Assembly: GCF_041752335.1 (NCBI RefSeq)
Contig: NZ_JBGSHG010000006.1
Span: 5,737-69,736 of the forward strand
From: Acetobacterium sp.
Lineage (GTDB): Bacteria > Bacillota > Clostridia > Eubacteriales > Eubacteriaceae
Direction: 5' to 3'
Length of the DNA stretch: 64,000 nucleotides
The notes beneath the pieces were generated by a model. That model was given only the letters and a program-made list of their open reading frames with translations, made no database searches and was not told where the DNA came from. Shown piece after piece: positions 63,444 through 64,000 of the stretch; within the stretch, counting starts at the first letter, position 1; every line of letters begins with the position of its first letter. Position numbers and translations under genes: made by a program.

Positions 63444-64000
63444 CTAAGTAACCTTAAAAATAATCGTTGTTAGGGTATAGATCACCGCCGAAACTACTGC
63501 TGATAAGGGAATGGTGATGCACCAGGCCACTAGAATTTCTTTAACAATTCCCCAATTCACCATTTTGTATTCATCCCCAGCGCCAACACCCATAATCCCG
63601 CCGACGACGACATGGGTGGTGGAGACTGGCGCCCCAACCAGGGTTGCCCCGAGAATGGAAACCACCGAGGACAATTGCGAATTTAAACTGTGCAGCGGTT
63701 TAATATCAAAAATCCCTCGCCCCAAGGTCTTCATAATGCTCCAGCCACCCAGCAGCGTGCCCAGAAACATGACAATTCCGCCACTTCCTCGCACCCACAG
63801 AGGCGCCGTGTGGATGGCAGTTCCGCTCCAGGCTGCCAAAGCCAATGTGAATAGTCCAATAATTTTTTGGGTATCATTGGATCCGTGGCTATATGAAAGA
63901 CCCGCCACGACTAACCACTGTATTTTATTAATCTTCTTGTTAATGGAAACCTTGGCATTTCGCAAAAGAAATTTCGTCGCCTTTTCCAGAAAAAACGCAA
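63444..64000 (-). CDS. Inorganic phosphate transporter (PiT family), 5' truncated by window
   Basis: SHGSNDTQK, GAPVSTTH, WCITIP. Confidence 0.9.
   Translation of the reverse strand, partial: AFFLEKATKFLLRNAKVSINKKINKIQWLVVAGLSYSHGSNDTQKIIGLFTLALAAWSGTAIHTAPLWVRGSGGIVMFLGTLLGGWSIMKTLGRGIFDIKPLHSLNSQLSSVVSILGATLVGAPVSTTHVVVGGIMGVGAGDEYKMVNWGIVKEILVAWCITIPLSAVVSAVIYTLTTIIFKVT

Overview
A 64 kb chromosomal segment of an anaerobic Firmicute, most likely an Acetobacterium-type acetogen (inferred from gene content). It holds a clostridial-type Mo-nitrogenase cluster (anfO-like, hypothetical, nifH-I1-I2-D-K-E, fused nifN-B, 2Fe-2S ferredoxin, split nifV omega/alpha) and two tandem amtB-glnK operons. 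Housekeeping and signalling genes include murA-walJ-htrA, dnaD/dnaC-like genes, cheR-MBL-polyHAMP MCP, T-box-controlled trpB2, a two-component system next to VTC/DUF4956 genes, and a stand-alone FMN glutamate synthase. A sigma-54-driven quaternary-amine (glycine betaine-type) demethylation operon lies near the end. Most notable observations: (1) stacked ANTAR-type hexaloop hairpin/terminator attenuators before nifH (three) and both amtB-glnK operons; (2) one AmtB paralog has Glu in place of the first twin-His residue; (3) a family of structured inverted-repeat elements sits in nif intergenic regions; (4) a DnaA-box cluster has no dnaA nearby; (5) a corrinoid reductive activator gene is interrupted by one in-frame TAG. 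All calls come from reading the sequence by eye; no database searches or folding programs were run.
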